In this document: positions 36,843 through 45,251 of the stretch, in pieces
Position numbering within the stretch: position 1 is the stretch's first letter
Layout of the letters: every line of letters starts with the position of its first letter
Assembly: GCA_049841255.1 (NCBI GenBank)
Contig: JASGDV010000218.1
Span: 1,209 to 65,208, forward strand
Source of the DNA: Sphingobium sp.
Lineage (GTDB): Bacteria > Pseudomonadota > Alphaproteobacteria > Sphingomonadales > Sphingomonadaceae
Reading direction: 5' to 3'
Length of the DNA stretch: 64,000 nucleotides
Translations under genes and position numbers: made by a program
Notes under the pieces: model-generated
Seen by the model: the letters and a program-made list of their open reading frames with translations, nothing else
The model's database searches: none
What the model was told of the DNA's origin: nothing

Positions 36843-38348
36843 TCATCGCAGGCCGAGTATCAGTGCGACCAGCATCCCGGCCAACACCACCGCGCCCGCG
36901 ATCCACTTTGCGCCCGTGATGATCGCCGCATCCGATGGCCCGGACGGCCGCTCCTCCGGCTCCGCTTCCAGCTTGCGGGTGAGCGCCCGTAGCAGGCGCG
37001 GCGCGTCGTCGGCGATGCGCGATGCCTCCAGCAGCAGCGCGACGATCTTGTCCTGTGAGCGGCTGGCGGCGAGGCGGTTCATCACCAGCCGTCCCCGCGC
37101 GCGCTGGATCGCTTCGGACAGGTCGAAGCCGGGCTGAATCGCGTTCAGCACGCCGTCCATGGTGATGAGCGCCTTGAAGATCAGCGCCAGATCGGGCGGC
37201 AGCACCAGCCCTTCCTTCCGCAGCAACGGAAAGAAATCCGCGACCAGCGCGCCCAGCACCAGCGGCCCGTTGCTGTGCCGCGCGGTCAGATGCTCCGCAG
37301 CGGTCAGGATGCGTTCGCGCGCCACGCCGCTTCCCGCCGACCAGAGCGCGAGCGTATCCGCCAGCGTCTGCGCATCGCCGGAGCGCAGCGCGAGGATGAA
37401 GGTCAGGAATTCCTGCTGCCGCCGCGCGTTCACATGGCCGATGAGGCCGAGGTCGAGCAGCGCCAGCCGCTCGCCCGGCAGGCAGAGCAGGTTGCCCGGA
37501 TGCGGATCGCCGTGGAAACGGCCGTTGACGAGCACCATGTCCAGCACCAGCGCCGCGCCCAGATCGGCGATGGCGGCGGGGTCGATGCCCGACGCGCGCA
37601 GGCTTTCGCCGTCGCGGGGCGCTATCCCGGCGATGTAATCCATCACCAGCACCGTCTCGCTGCTGAACCGCCAGTGGATTTCGGGAATGACGACGCCCGG
37701 ATTGTCCGACAGGTCATCGCGCAGCCGGTCGGCATTGCGTCCTTCCTGCGTGAAATCCAGTTCCTCCATCACGGTGTCGAGCAATTGCTGCACCAGCGCG
37801 CGTGGCTGGAAATGACGCGCTTCCTTGCTGCTGCTTTCAACGATTCCGGCGAGGTGGGTGATGAGCCGCAGGTCCGCCTGCATCTTGCGCCGGATGCCGG
37901 GGCGGCGGATCTTCACCACCACCTCGCGCCCGTCATGCAGTGCGGCGCGATGTACCTGCGCCATGGAGGCGGCGGCCAGCGGCTGCGTGTCAAAACGGGC
38001 GAAGGCGGTTTCGGGGGCTTCGCCCAGCGCATCCTCCAGTCGCGGTCTCAGGGCGTCGAAGGGCAGCGTGGGCGCTTCGCTATGCAGCTTTTCGAATTCG
38101 GCGATCCATGGATCGGGCAAGAGGTCGCGGCGCGTGGCGAGAATCTGGCCCAGTTTGACGAAGGTCGGCCCCAGCGTTTCCAGCGCCTGCCGGGTGCGGC
38201 GGGGCAGATCGGGCGGCTCGCCCTCCGCGCCGCCTTGACCGAGGCCGATGCGCGCAAGCAGCACGTCCAGCCCATAGCGGGCCGTGACGGCGCTGATTTC
38301 GGTGAGGCGTTCCCGGTCGCGCGCGGCGACCACCAATGTTTTGAGCAT
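36843..38348 (-). CDS. ABC1/UbiB-family atypical kinase
   Basis: KLGQILATRRDLLP, AAASMAQVHRA and HGDPHPGNL motifs, plus a C-terminal TM helix. Confidence 0.8.
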   Translation of the reverse strand: MLKTLVVAARDRERLTEISAVTARYGLDVLLARIGLGQGGAEGEPPDLPRRTRQALETLGPTFVKLGQILATRRDLLPDPWIAEFEKLHSEAPTLPFDALRPRLEDALGEAPETAFARFDTQPLAAASMAQVHRAALHDGREVVVKIRRPGIRRKMQADLRLITHLAGIVESSSKEARHFQPRALVQQLLDTVMEELDFTQEGRNADRLRDDLSDNPGVVIPEIHWRFSSETVLVMDYIAGIAPRDGESLRASGIDPAAIADLGAALVLDMVLVNGRFHGDPHPGNLLCLPGERLALLDLGLIGHVNARRQQEFLTFILALRSGDAQTLADTLALWSAGSGVARERILTAAEHLTARHSNGPLVLGALVADFFPLLRKEGLVLPPDLALIFKALITMDGVLNAIQPGFDLSEAIQRARGRLVMNRLAASRSQDKIVALLLEASRIADDAPRLLRALTRKLEAEPEERPSGPSDAAIITGAKWIAGAVVLAGMLVALILGLR

Positions 38349-38398
38349 GGCTGCTCAACGATCCGGGTGGGGAATCGTTGCGCTTGCGCTCCGAACCG

Positions 38399-39304
38399 TC
38401 AGTCCACCCAGTCGAGGCCGATGTCGCGATAGATGCCGCGATCCTCCTCCCAATCCTCCTTCACCTTGACGTGGAGGTAGAGGTGGACCTTGCAGCCCAG
38501 CAGGATCGCCAGTTCGGCGCGCGCCTTCGAGCCGATTTCCTTGAGACGCTGGCCGCGCTTGCCCAGCACGATGGCGCGCTGGGTGGGGCGGGCGACGAGG
38601 ATCTGCTGGTGGATTTCGACCGATCCGTCCTCCCGCTCGGAATATTTCTCCGTGTCGACGGCAGCGGCATAGGGTAGTTCGGCGTGAAGCTGGTGATAGA
38701 GCTGTTCGCGCGTGATCTCGGCCGCCAGCATCCGGTCGGTGGCGTCGGACACCTGATCCTCCGGGAAGTGCCACGGTCCTTCCGGCATGGCGGCGGCGAA
38801 GGCGGACTTGAGTTCAGGCAGGCCGTCGCCGGTCGCGGCGCTCACGAAGAAGATTTCCTCAAAGCCCAGCGCGTCGTTCAGCTTCTGCGTGTGGACGAGC
38901 AGCTTGTCCTTGGCGGCGATGTCGACCTTGTTCAGGACCAGCCATTTGCGTTCGGAGCGGGCCGACAGCGCCTCGATGATCGGTTCCACCTTGGGGCCGA
39001 GCCCTGCCTTGCCATCGACGATCAGCGCGATCAGGTCCGCGCCCTGCGCCCCGCCCCACGCCGCCTGCACCATGGCGCGGTCGAGCCGCCGCCGGGGTGC
39101 GAAGATGCCGGGGGTGTCGACCAGCACGATCTGCGCGTCACCCTCGATCGCGACGCCCATGACGCGGGTTCGGGTGGTTTGCGCCTTGGGGCTGGTGATC
39201 GCCACCTTCTGCCCCACCAGCGCGTTGACGAGCGTGGACTTGCCGGCATTGGGAGCGCCCACGATGGCGACCACGCCGCAGCGCTGGGTGTCTAAAGCTT
39301 CCAA
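38399..39304 (-). CDS. era: GTPase Era
   Basis: G1 GAPNAGKST, G3 DTPG, G4 NKVD and a C-terminal KH domain. TTG start at 39304, 6 nt after GGAG. Confidence 0.95.
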   Translation of the reverse strand: MEALDTQRCGVVAIVGAPNAGKSTLVNALVGQKVAITSPKAQTTRTRVMGVAIEGDAQIVLVDTPGIFAPRRRLDRAMVQAAWGGAQGADLIALIVDGKAGLGPKVEPIIEALSARSERKWLVLNKVDIAAKDKLLVHTQKLNDALGFEEIFFVSAATGDGLPELKSAFAAAMPEGPWHFPEDQVSDATDRMLAAEITREQLYHQLHAELPYAAAVDTEKYSEREDGSVEIHQQILVARPTQRAIVLGKRGQRLKEIGSKARAELAILLGCKVHLYLHVKVKEDWEEDRGIYRDIGLDWVD

Positions 39305-39310
39305 ATTATA

Positions 39311-39680
39311 CTCCGTTCGCGCTGAGCCTGTCGAAGCGCCTTACTTTTCCTTGCGGGATTGTGCCAAGGCGGAAATCAATTGCCAATCTTCGCGGATGAG
39401 CTCGAGTTTCTTGGCGCGGCTCCAGCCCTTGATCCGGTGTTCGGCTTCCAGCGCCTCCATACGGGTTCCGAACTGCTGCGACCAGACCAGTTTTGCGGGG
39501 CGGCGATTTTGCGTGTGACCGGCGAGCGTTCCAGCTTCATGTTGGGCGATGCGGGTTTGCAAGTCATCCGTATGGCCTACATAAAAACTTCGGTCGATGC
39601 AGTGAAGCATATAGGTCCAGAAGGGCATGGGTTCGCTCGAAAAGAAGAAAAGCCCTTCGACAGGTTCAGGGCGAACGGGG
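39311..39680 (-). mobile_element. GIY-YIG ORF bracketed by imperfect inverted repeats of the CCGTTCG..TCGAAG family (candidate autonomous unit)
   Basis: 39313-39350 matches the reverse complement of 39641-39678 at 24/28 in the core and 30/38 extended (hand count). The unit is inserted exactly between the rnc stop and the era start. Confidence 0.5.
39341..39628 (-). CDS. GIY-YIG nuclease family protein (COG2827/UPF0213-like), 95 aa
   Basis: MPFWTYMLHCIDRSFYVGHTDDLQTRIAQHE...EAEHRIKGWSRAKK carries the GIY..YxG..R..E signature. The longer track ORF extension is a translation of repeat DNA and the rnc 3' end. Confidence 0.75.
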   Translation of the reverse strand: MPFWTYMLHCIDRSFYVGHTDDLQTRIAQHEAGTLAGHTQNRRPAKLVWSQQFGTRMEALEAEHRIKGWSRAKKLELIREDWQLISALAQSRKEK

Positions 39681-39693
39681 AAGGGTGGTCTTT

Positions 39694-40365
39694 TCAGCCC
39701 GCCAGCTTCTCCAGCAGCGCCTTGGCCGCCGCCGTTTCGGCTTCCTGCTTGGAGCCGCCGGTCGCGCTGGCCTCGCCCGCGCCCTTGATCGAGACGGTGA
39801 CGGTGAAACGTAGCGCGTGGTGCGGGCCGGAGCGGTCCGTCATCGCATATTCGGGCGGCTTGCGCTTGTTCGCCGCCGCCCATTCCTGAAGCGCGGACTT
39901 GGGATGGCGGGGCGCGCTGGTCTGGGTGTCCACGCGGTCGCCCCAGAGACGGCGGACGAGGGCGCGCGCTTCCTCCAGCCCGCCTTCCAGATAGAGCGCG
40001 CCGATCAACGCCTCCATCACGTCGCCCAGCACATTGTCGCTGTCGGTCGCGCCGTCGTCGCGGGCCTGCTTGCCCAGCACCAGATGGGCGGGGACACCTG
40101 CCCCGCGCGCGATCTCCGCGCAGGTCTCTCCGGACACCAGCGCATTGAAACGGCGGGAGAGCTTGCCTTCCGGCTCGCCCGCGAAACGCTCATAGACCCA
40201 TTCGGCGACCAGCAGGCCCAGCACGCGGTCGCCCAGAAATTCCAGTCGCTCATAATTGGCGGCGTTGGCGCTGCCATGGGTCAGCGCCTGCTGGAACCGG
40301 GCCGCGTCATGCGGCTTGCGCCCGATCAGCGCGCGGAGCCAGTTCGCCGTGTCGGGTTTGCTCAA
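39694..40365 (-). CDS. rnc: Ribonuclease III
   Basis: RNase III signature ERLEFLGDRVLG plus a C-terminal dsRBD. The TTG start forms a TTGA overlap with the lepB stop. Confidence 0.95.
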   Translation of the reverse strand: MSKPDTANWLRALIGRKPHDAARFQQALTHGSANAANYERLEFLGDRVLGLLVAEWVYERFAGEPEGKLSRRFNALVSGETCAEIARGAGVPAHLVLGKQARDDGATDSDNVLGDVMEALIGALYLEGGLEEARALVRRLWGDRVDTQTSAPRHPKSALQEWAAANKRKPPEYAMTDRSGPHHALRFTVTVSIKGAGEASATGGSKQEAETAAAKALLEKLAG

Positions 40366-41186
40366 AAGCCTTCCCCGATGCGGCTCCAGCGGGCGGCGGT
40401 GAACCAGGTCCAGGGCAGGAGCCAGTTGGCGCTGCCGTCGGTCGAGAAGACGGAAACCATCGCCTTGCCCACCAGATTTTCTTCGGGAACGAGGCCGATG
40501 CCGCCGCCTTCCACCGCCGGGAAGCGGCTGTCGGCGGAGCGGTCGCGATTGTCGCCCATCATGAAGAGATGGCCTTCGGGCACCACCACCGTGTCGCGGT
40601 CGTCCGCCGCGCCGTCCGGCACGAGGTCGAGGACGTTATAGCTTTTGCCGTTGGGCAGCGTCTCGCGATATTGGGGGTAGCGGCACTGGCGTCCGCCGCC
40701 CTGCGCGGCTTCCTCGAACTTGGGGCGGTAGCAGGGGGAGGGGCTGCCTTCCTTCTGCGCGGCGTCCACCATGTTGGGCGTCACCGGGATCACGAAGTCG
40801 GCCACGCGCTTCTTCGGGATGGCTTGCCCGTTGAGATAGACGGTGCCGCTGCGGACCGAGATCATGTCGCCGGGCAGGCCGATCACGCGCTTGATATAGT
40901 CGTTCTTCTGGTTGGGCGGGGCCTTGAACACCACCACGTCGCCGCGCGCAGGCGTGGAGGCGAAGATGCGGCCGGGGATCAGCGGCACGCCGAAGGGCAG
41001 CGAGTAGCGCGAATAGCCATAGGGCCATTTGGCGACCAGCAGATAATCGCCGATCAGAAGACGCGGCTGCATCGATTCCGAAGGGATGTTGAACGGCGAA
41101 ACGATGAAGCTCCGCAGGACAAAGACGAACACCGCCAGCTTTGCGAGAAACCAGAGGAAATCCCGCGTTTCCGATTTTGCGCTCAT
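40362..41186 (-). CDS. lepB: Signal peptidase I
   Basis: S26 motifs IPSESMQPRL and GDNRDRSADSR, with an N-terminal TM helix. Start at ATG 41186. Confidence 0.9.
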   Translation of the reverse strand: MSAKSETRDFLWFLAKLAVFVFVLRSFIVSPFNIPSESMQPRLLIGDYLLVAKWPYGYSRYSLPFGVPLIPGRIFASTPARGDVVVFKAPPNQKNDYIKRVIGLPGDMISVRSGTVYLNGQAIPKKRVADFVIPVTPNMVDAAQKEGSPSPCYRPKFEEAAQGGGRQCRYPQYRETLPNGKSYNVLDLVPDGAADDRDTVVVPEGHLFMMGDNRDRSADSRFPAVEGGGIGLVPEENLVGKAMVSVFSTDGSANWLLPWTWFTAARWSRIGEGF

Positions 41187-41363
41187 GCTCGTTCGTTGTG
41201 TCCCTTCGTGACGCCGCCCAAGCGGCCTGTCGCGGCTTTTGCGGGCTTGGATGAGCTGCGTCAAGCGCGGGCACCGATGCAAATCGTCCGATCTTTGGCT
41301 AAAGAGGGAAAGAATCGACCGGTGCAGCGTCGGTGTCGACCAACATCATAAGAGGATTTCCCC

Positions 41364-42869
41364 ATGCCGTCCCCTGCACAGGCCGCCATCGCGCGCCTTC
41401 CGCAAGCCGACCTCAAGACCATTTTCACCGCCGATCCAGACCGGCTTTCCCGTTTCGTGCTGACGCAGGGGCCGATCCGTTTCGACTGGTCGAAGACGCA
41501 TCTGACCGACGATCTGATGGACGCCTATCTGGAACTGGCGCAGGAGCGGGATTTCACCGGCTGGCGCGAAGCGTTGTTCGCCGGAAAGCCCGTCAACAAC
41601 AGCGAGGGCCGCGCCGCCGAGCATCCCGCCGAGCGGGGCGAGGGCAATGCCGACAGCGTGGCGCGGGCGCGGATGTTCCACAGCCGGATGCGCGCCCTGA
41701 TCGACGCCATAGAGGCGGATGCGCTGGGGCCGGTCCGCCATATCCTGCATATCGGCATTGGCGGGTCGGCGCTGGGTCCGGACCTGATCGTCGATGCGCT
41801 GGGCGGGGACGGGCTGCGGTACGATGTCGCCATCGTCTCCAATGTGGACGGCACGGCGCTGGAGCGGGCGATGGACCGCTTCGATCCGCATGCGACCTTG
41901 ATTGCGGTGGCCTCCAAGACTTTCACCACCACTGAAACCATGCTGAACGCGGCGAGCGCGATCAACTGGATGGTGGAGGCGGGCGTCGACGATCCTTATC
42001 GCCGCGTCGTGGCGCTGACCGCTTCGCCGGACCGGGCCATCGAATGGGGCGTGGATGAGACGCGCATCCTGCCTTTTTCCGAAAGCGTGGGCGGGCGTTA
42101 TTCGCTCTGGTCGTCCATCGGTTTTCCGGCGGCGCTGGCTTTAGGCTGGGATGCGTTCGAGAGCCTGCTGGAGGGCGCGGCGGCGATGGACCGGCATTTC
42201 CGCCTTTCCGCGCCGCGCGAGAATGCGCCGCTGATCGCCGCTTTCGCCGACCAATATTATGCGCGGGTGATGGGTTGCCAGACCCGCGCGCTCTTCGCCT
42301 ATGACGAGCGGTTGCGGTTGCTGCCTTCCTATCTCCAGCAACTGGAGATGGAGAGCAACGGCAAGAGCGTCACCCGCGACGGCGATCCCGTGGACGGGCC
42401 CACCGCGCCGATCACCTGGGGCGGCGTGGGGACGGACGCGCAACATGCGGTGTTCCAGCTTCTGCATCAGGGTACGGTGATCGCGCCGGTCGAGTTCGTC
42501 GCATCCATCGAGCCGGGCCATGCGCCCGACCCGGCGCATCACCGGGCGCTGCTGGTCAACTGCTTCGCGCAGGGCGCGGCGCTGATGCGCGGGCGGGACA
42601 ATGCGGACGATCCGGCGCGGGCCTATCCGGGGAACCGTCCCTCAACCACGATCCTGCTGGACGATGTGACGCCGGAGGCTTTGGGGGCGCTGATCGCCTT
42701 CTACGAGCATCGCACCTTCGCCAATGCGGTGCTGATGGGCATCAATCCCTTCGACCAGTTCGGGGTCGAGCTGGGCAAGGAAATCGCCAAGTCCATCGAG
42801 ACGGATGGACCGAAGGGCTTCGATCCGTCCACCATGGCGTTGATCGACATTGCGCTGGGCGGGGTTTGA
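41364..42869 (+). CDS. pgi: Glucose-6-phosphate isomerase
   Basis: Full-length PGI collinearity (IGIGGSALGP, QLEMESNGK, GVELGK). Confidence 0.95.
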   Translation: MPSPAQAAIARLPQADLKTIFTADPDRLSRFVLTQGPIRFDWSKTHLTDDLMDAYLELAQERDFTGWREALFAGKPVNNSEGRAAEHPAERGEGNADSVARARMFHSRMRALIDAIEADALGPVRHILHIGIGGSALGPDLIVDALGGDGLRYDVAIVSNVDGTALERAMDRFDPHATLIAVASKTFTTTETMLNAASAINWMVEAGVDDPYRRVVALTASPDRAIEWGVDETRILPFSESVGGRYSLWSSIGFPAALALGWDAFESLLEGAAAMDRHFRLSAPRENAPLIAAFADQYYARVMGCQTRALFAYDERLRLLPSYLQQLEMESNGKSVTRDGDPVDGPTAPITWGGVGTDAQHAVFQLLHQGTVIAPVEFVASIEPGHAPDPAHHRALLVNCFAQGAALMRGRDNADDPARAYPGNRPSTTILLDDVTPEALGALIAFYEHRTFANAVLMGINPFDQFGVELGKEIAKSIETDGPKGFDPSTMALIDIALGGV

Positions 42870-42954
42870 GACGGGGTTGGTAGTTGGTTTCGGGCATTTG
42901 CGGAGTTGGATGAGGAGGCAGGAGGCCAGGTTCCGCGCTATCGCGAAGGTGGTT

Positions 42955-43029
42955 TCCCCCTCACCCAGCTACGACTAAGGCAGCAAGCTGCCCAAGTCTC
43001 CGCAACCCTCTCCCCCATGGGGCGAGGGA
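42955..43029. repeat. Family-B dispersed repeat, copy 2
   Basis: Same orientation as copy 1. It contains the ggcagc-aa-gctgcc and cctctcccc..ggggcgagg hairpins. Confidence 0.8.
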
Positions 43030-43127
43030 TAGAATGTCCGCTCACCACCCAACCGCCCCATTCAAAATCCCGTTTGTAACTCCGCCGGGGTGCGGCCATA
43101 TGCGCGGCATACCCAGCGGAGGCAGGC

Positions 43128-44474
43128 ATGAGCGACTATGATTTCGACCTTTTCGTCATCGGCGCGGGATCGGGGGGCGTGCGTGCGTCCCGCGTGGCGT
43201 CCGCCCATGGCGCGAAGGTCGCGGTGGCGGAGGAATATCGGGTCGGAGGCACCTGCGTCATTCGCGGCTGCGTGCCCAAGAAGCTGCTCGTCTATGGCGC
43301 GCATTTCGCCGAGGATCTGAAGGACGCGCGGCGTTTCGGCTGGAACGTGCCCGATTGCGCCTTCGAATGGCCGGTGCTGCGCGACAATGTGCTGGCCGAT
43401 GTCGATCGGCTGGAAGGGCTCTACAAGAACACGCTCGACAGCCATCATGTCGAACTGATCCCTGAGCGGGCGACCATCACAGGTCCGCATTCCGTGAAGC
43501 TCGCCAGCGGGCGGGAGATCAGCGCGAAATATATCCTGATCGCCACCGGTGCCTGGCCGGTGGTGCCGGAGGTCGAAGGCGCGGAGCATGGCCTCACCTC
43601 CAACGAGATGTTCCATCTGGAAGAAGCGCCCAAGCGGCTCGTCATCATCGGCGGCGGCTATATCGCCAATGAGTTTGCGGGGATTTTCCACCAGTTCGGA
43701 AGCCAGGTGACGCTGGTCAATCGCTCCTCCACGCTGCTGCGCGGCTATGATGAGAGCATCCGCGACCGGCTGATGCAGATTTCGGTGGGGAAGGGCATCC
43801 AGTTCCGCTTCAACGCCCAGCTCGACCGGGTGGAGAAGAAGGAGGACGGCACGCTCGGCGTCCACTTCAAGGACGGCGATCCGATTGACTGCGACGTCCT
43901 GCTGTTCGCGGCTGGGCGGCGGCCGCATACGGATGGCCTTGGCCTTGAAAATGCGGGCGTCGAGGTGGACGAGAAGGGTGCGATCAAGGTCGACGAGCAT
44001 AGCCGCACCAGTTGCGAGAGCATCTATGCGGTGGGTGACGTGACCGACCGGCTGCAACTGACGCCGGTGGCGATCCGGGAGGGCCATGCCTTTGCCGATA
44101 CCGTCTTCGGCGATAATCCGCGCACGGTCGATTACGACTGCGTTCCCTCCGCCGTGTTCAGCGATCCGCCCATGGCGGGCGTGGGCCTGACCGAAGCGCA
44201 GGCGAAGAACATGCTGGGCACGGTCAAGGTCTATACGTCCGATTTTAGGCCGATGAAGAATGTGCTGGCGGGGCGCGAGGAGCGGGCGCTTTACAAGATG
44301 GTGGTGGACGCGACGACCAACCGCGTGGTGGGCCTGCACATGATCGGTCCGAATGCGCCGGAAATCCTGCAAGCCGCCGCCATCGCGGTGAAGGCGGGCC
44401 TCACCAAGCAGCAGTTCGACGACACCGTGGCCCTGCATCCCAGCATGGCCGAGGAACTGGTGCTGCTGAAATAG
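43128..44474 (+). CDS. gor: Glutathione-disulfide reductase
   Basis: FAD motif VIGAGSGG and redox-active GGTCVIRGCVPKK, with a C-terminal dimerisation domain ending in HPSMAEE. Confidence 0.9.
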   Translation: MSDYDFDLFVIGAGSGGVRASRVASAHGAKVAVAEEYRVGGTCVIRGCVPKKLLVYGAHFAEDLKDARRFGWNVPDCAFEWPVLRDNVLADVDRLEGLYKNTLDSHHVELIPERATITGPHSVKLASGREISAKYILIATGAWPVVPEVEGAEHGLTSNEMFHLEEAPKRLVIIGGGYIANEFAGIFHQFGSQVTLVNRSSTLLRGYDESIRDRLMQISVGKGIQFRFNAQLDRVEKKEDGTLGVHFKDGDPIDCDVLLFAAGRRPHTDGLGLENAGVEVDEKGAIKVDEHSRTSCESIYAVGDVTDRLQLTPVAIREGHAFADTVFGDNPRTVDYDCVPSAVFSDPPMAGVGLTEAQAKNMLGTVKVYTSDFRPMKNVLAGREERALYKMVVDATTNRVVGLHMIGPNAPEILQAAAIAVKAGLTKQQFDDTVALHPSMAEELVLLK

Positions 44475-44476
44475 GG

Positions 44477-45217
44477 CTATTCCGCCGCGAAGGTCACGAC
44501 CAGAGCGTCCCGCCATGCCGGGCGCTCCGGGTCGACGGCGTGGATTTCGGTGACGCCGTGCAGGATGCGATGGTCGTCGATCAGCACCGCGTCACCCGGA
44601 TCGTTCAGCGTGAACTCGCCCAGAGCGGTGCCGTCGGGCGTGCCGATGCGGGTCACGCCTTCGCGCACATTGCGCCGTTCGGCCAGCATGACGAAGACCC
44701 AGTCCACCCCGTCGCGGTGCAAGCCCTCGGGGGTCGGCTTTCCCGTCTCGTCCGCGCCGGTTTCGATGCGGAACTGGTGCATCTCTACATGCCAGCTTGC
44801 CGCGCTGCCGAAGGTTCCGGCGCACAGGGCGAAGACCGCCTGCGTGACCGGATTGCCCACCGTCGCATCCGCCACCGGATCGAACCAGCGCTGGACGTCG
44901 CCGTTCAGCGGGTTATAGTCGCGGCTCTGGAAATGCGGCTGGTGGGGCTTGCGGGTGAAAACGCCATCCTCGCAGTGGAAAACCGCATGGCGGCGGCGGC
45001 GGTAGCGGCCTCCATCCGCCATATAGAGATCGGGACCGAGATCGTCCCAACTCCGCGCGAAATCCTCCCATGCCTGCGCTTTCACGTCGAGCAGCGCCCA
45101 TGTCTGCCTGCTCGCCAGCCGCGCATAGCCCTGCTCCGCAAGGTCGCCGCGCAAGGAAGCGGGGGCGGAGGAAAGGGCGGCGTTCAATGTCATCACATCG
45201 GCTTTAGGAGAGGCCAT
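44477..45217 (-). CDS. 2OG-Fe(II) dioxygenase family protein (PF10014-like)
   Basis: HxD...H facial-triad candidates (GLHRDGVDWVFV, RILHGVTEI). The N-terminal start is uncertain (ATG 45217 or ATG 45193). Confidence 0.6.
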   Translation of the reverse strand: MASPKADVMTLNAALSSAPASLRGDLAEQGYARLASRQTWALLDVKAQAWEDFARSWDDLGPDLYMADGGRYRRRRHAVFHCEDGVFTRKPHQPHFQSRDYNPLNGDVQRWFDPVADATVGNPVTQAVFALCAGTFGSAASWHVEMHQFRIETGADETGKPTPEGLHRDGVDWVFVMLAERRNVREGVTRIGTPDGTALGEFTLNDPGDAVLIDDHRILHGVTEIHAVDPERPAWRDALVVTFAAE

Positions 45218-45251
45218 TCCCTTTCGACAGGGCCAATTGAATCAAACTGGC

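Noticed and set aside
39341-39883. 180-aa track ORF including an 85-aa N-terminal extension of the GIY-YIG protein.
   Set aside because: The extension translates the inverted repeat (..PFPVRPEPVEGLFFF..) and the 3' end of rnc in another frame. The GIY-YIG domain begins at MPFWTY (ATG 39628).
45218-45240. ccctttcgacaggg, resembling the family-A core (cccttcgacagg).
   Set aside because: Only about 12 nt match, with no CGAACGG end and no partner arm. It is too short to separate from chance or a very old remnant.
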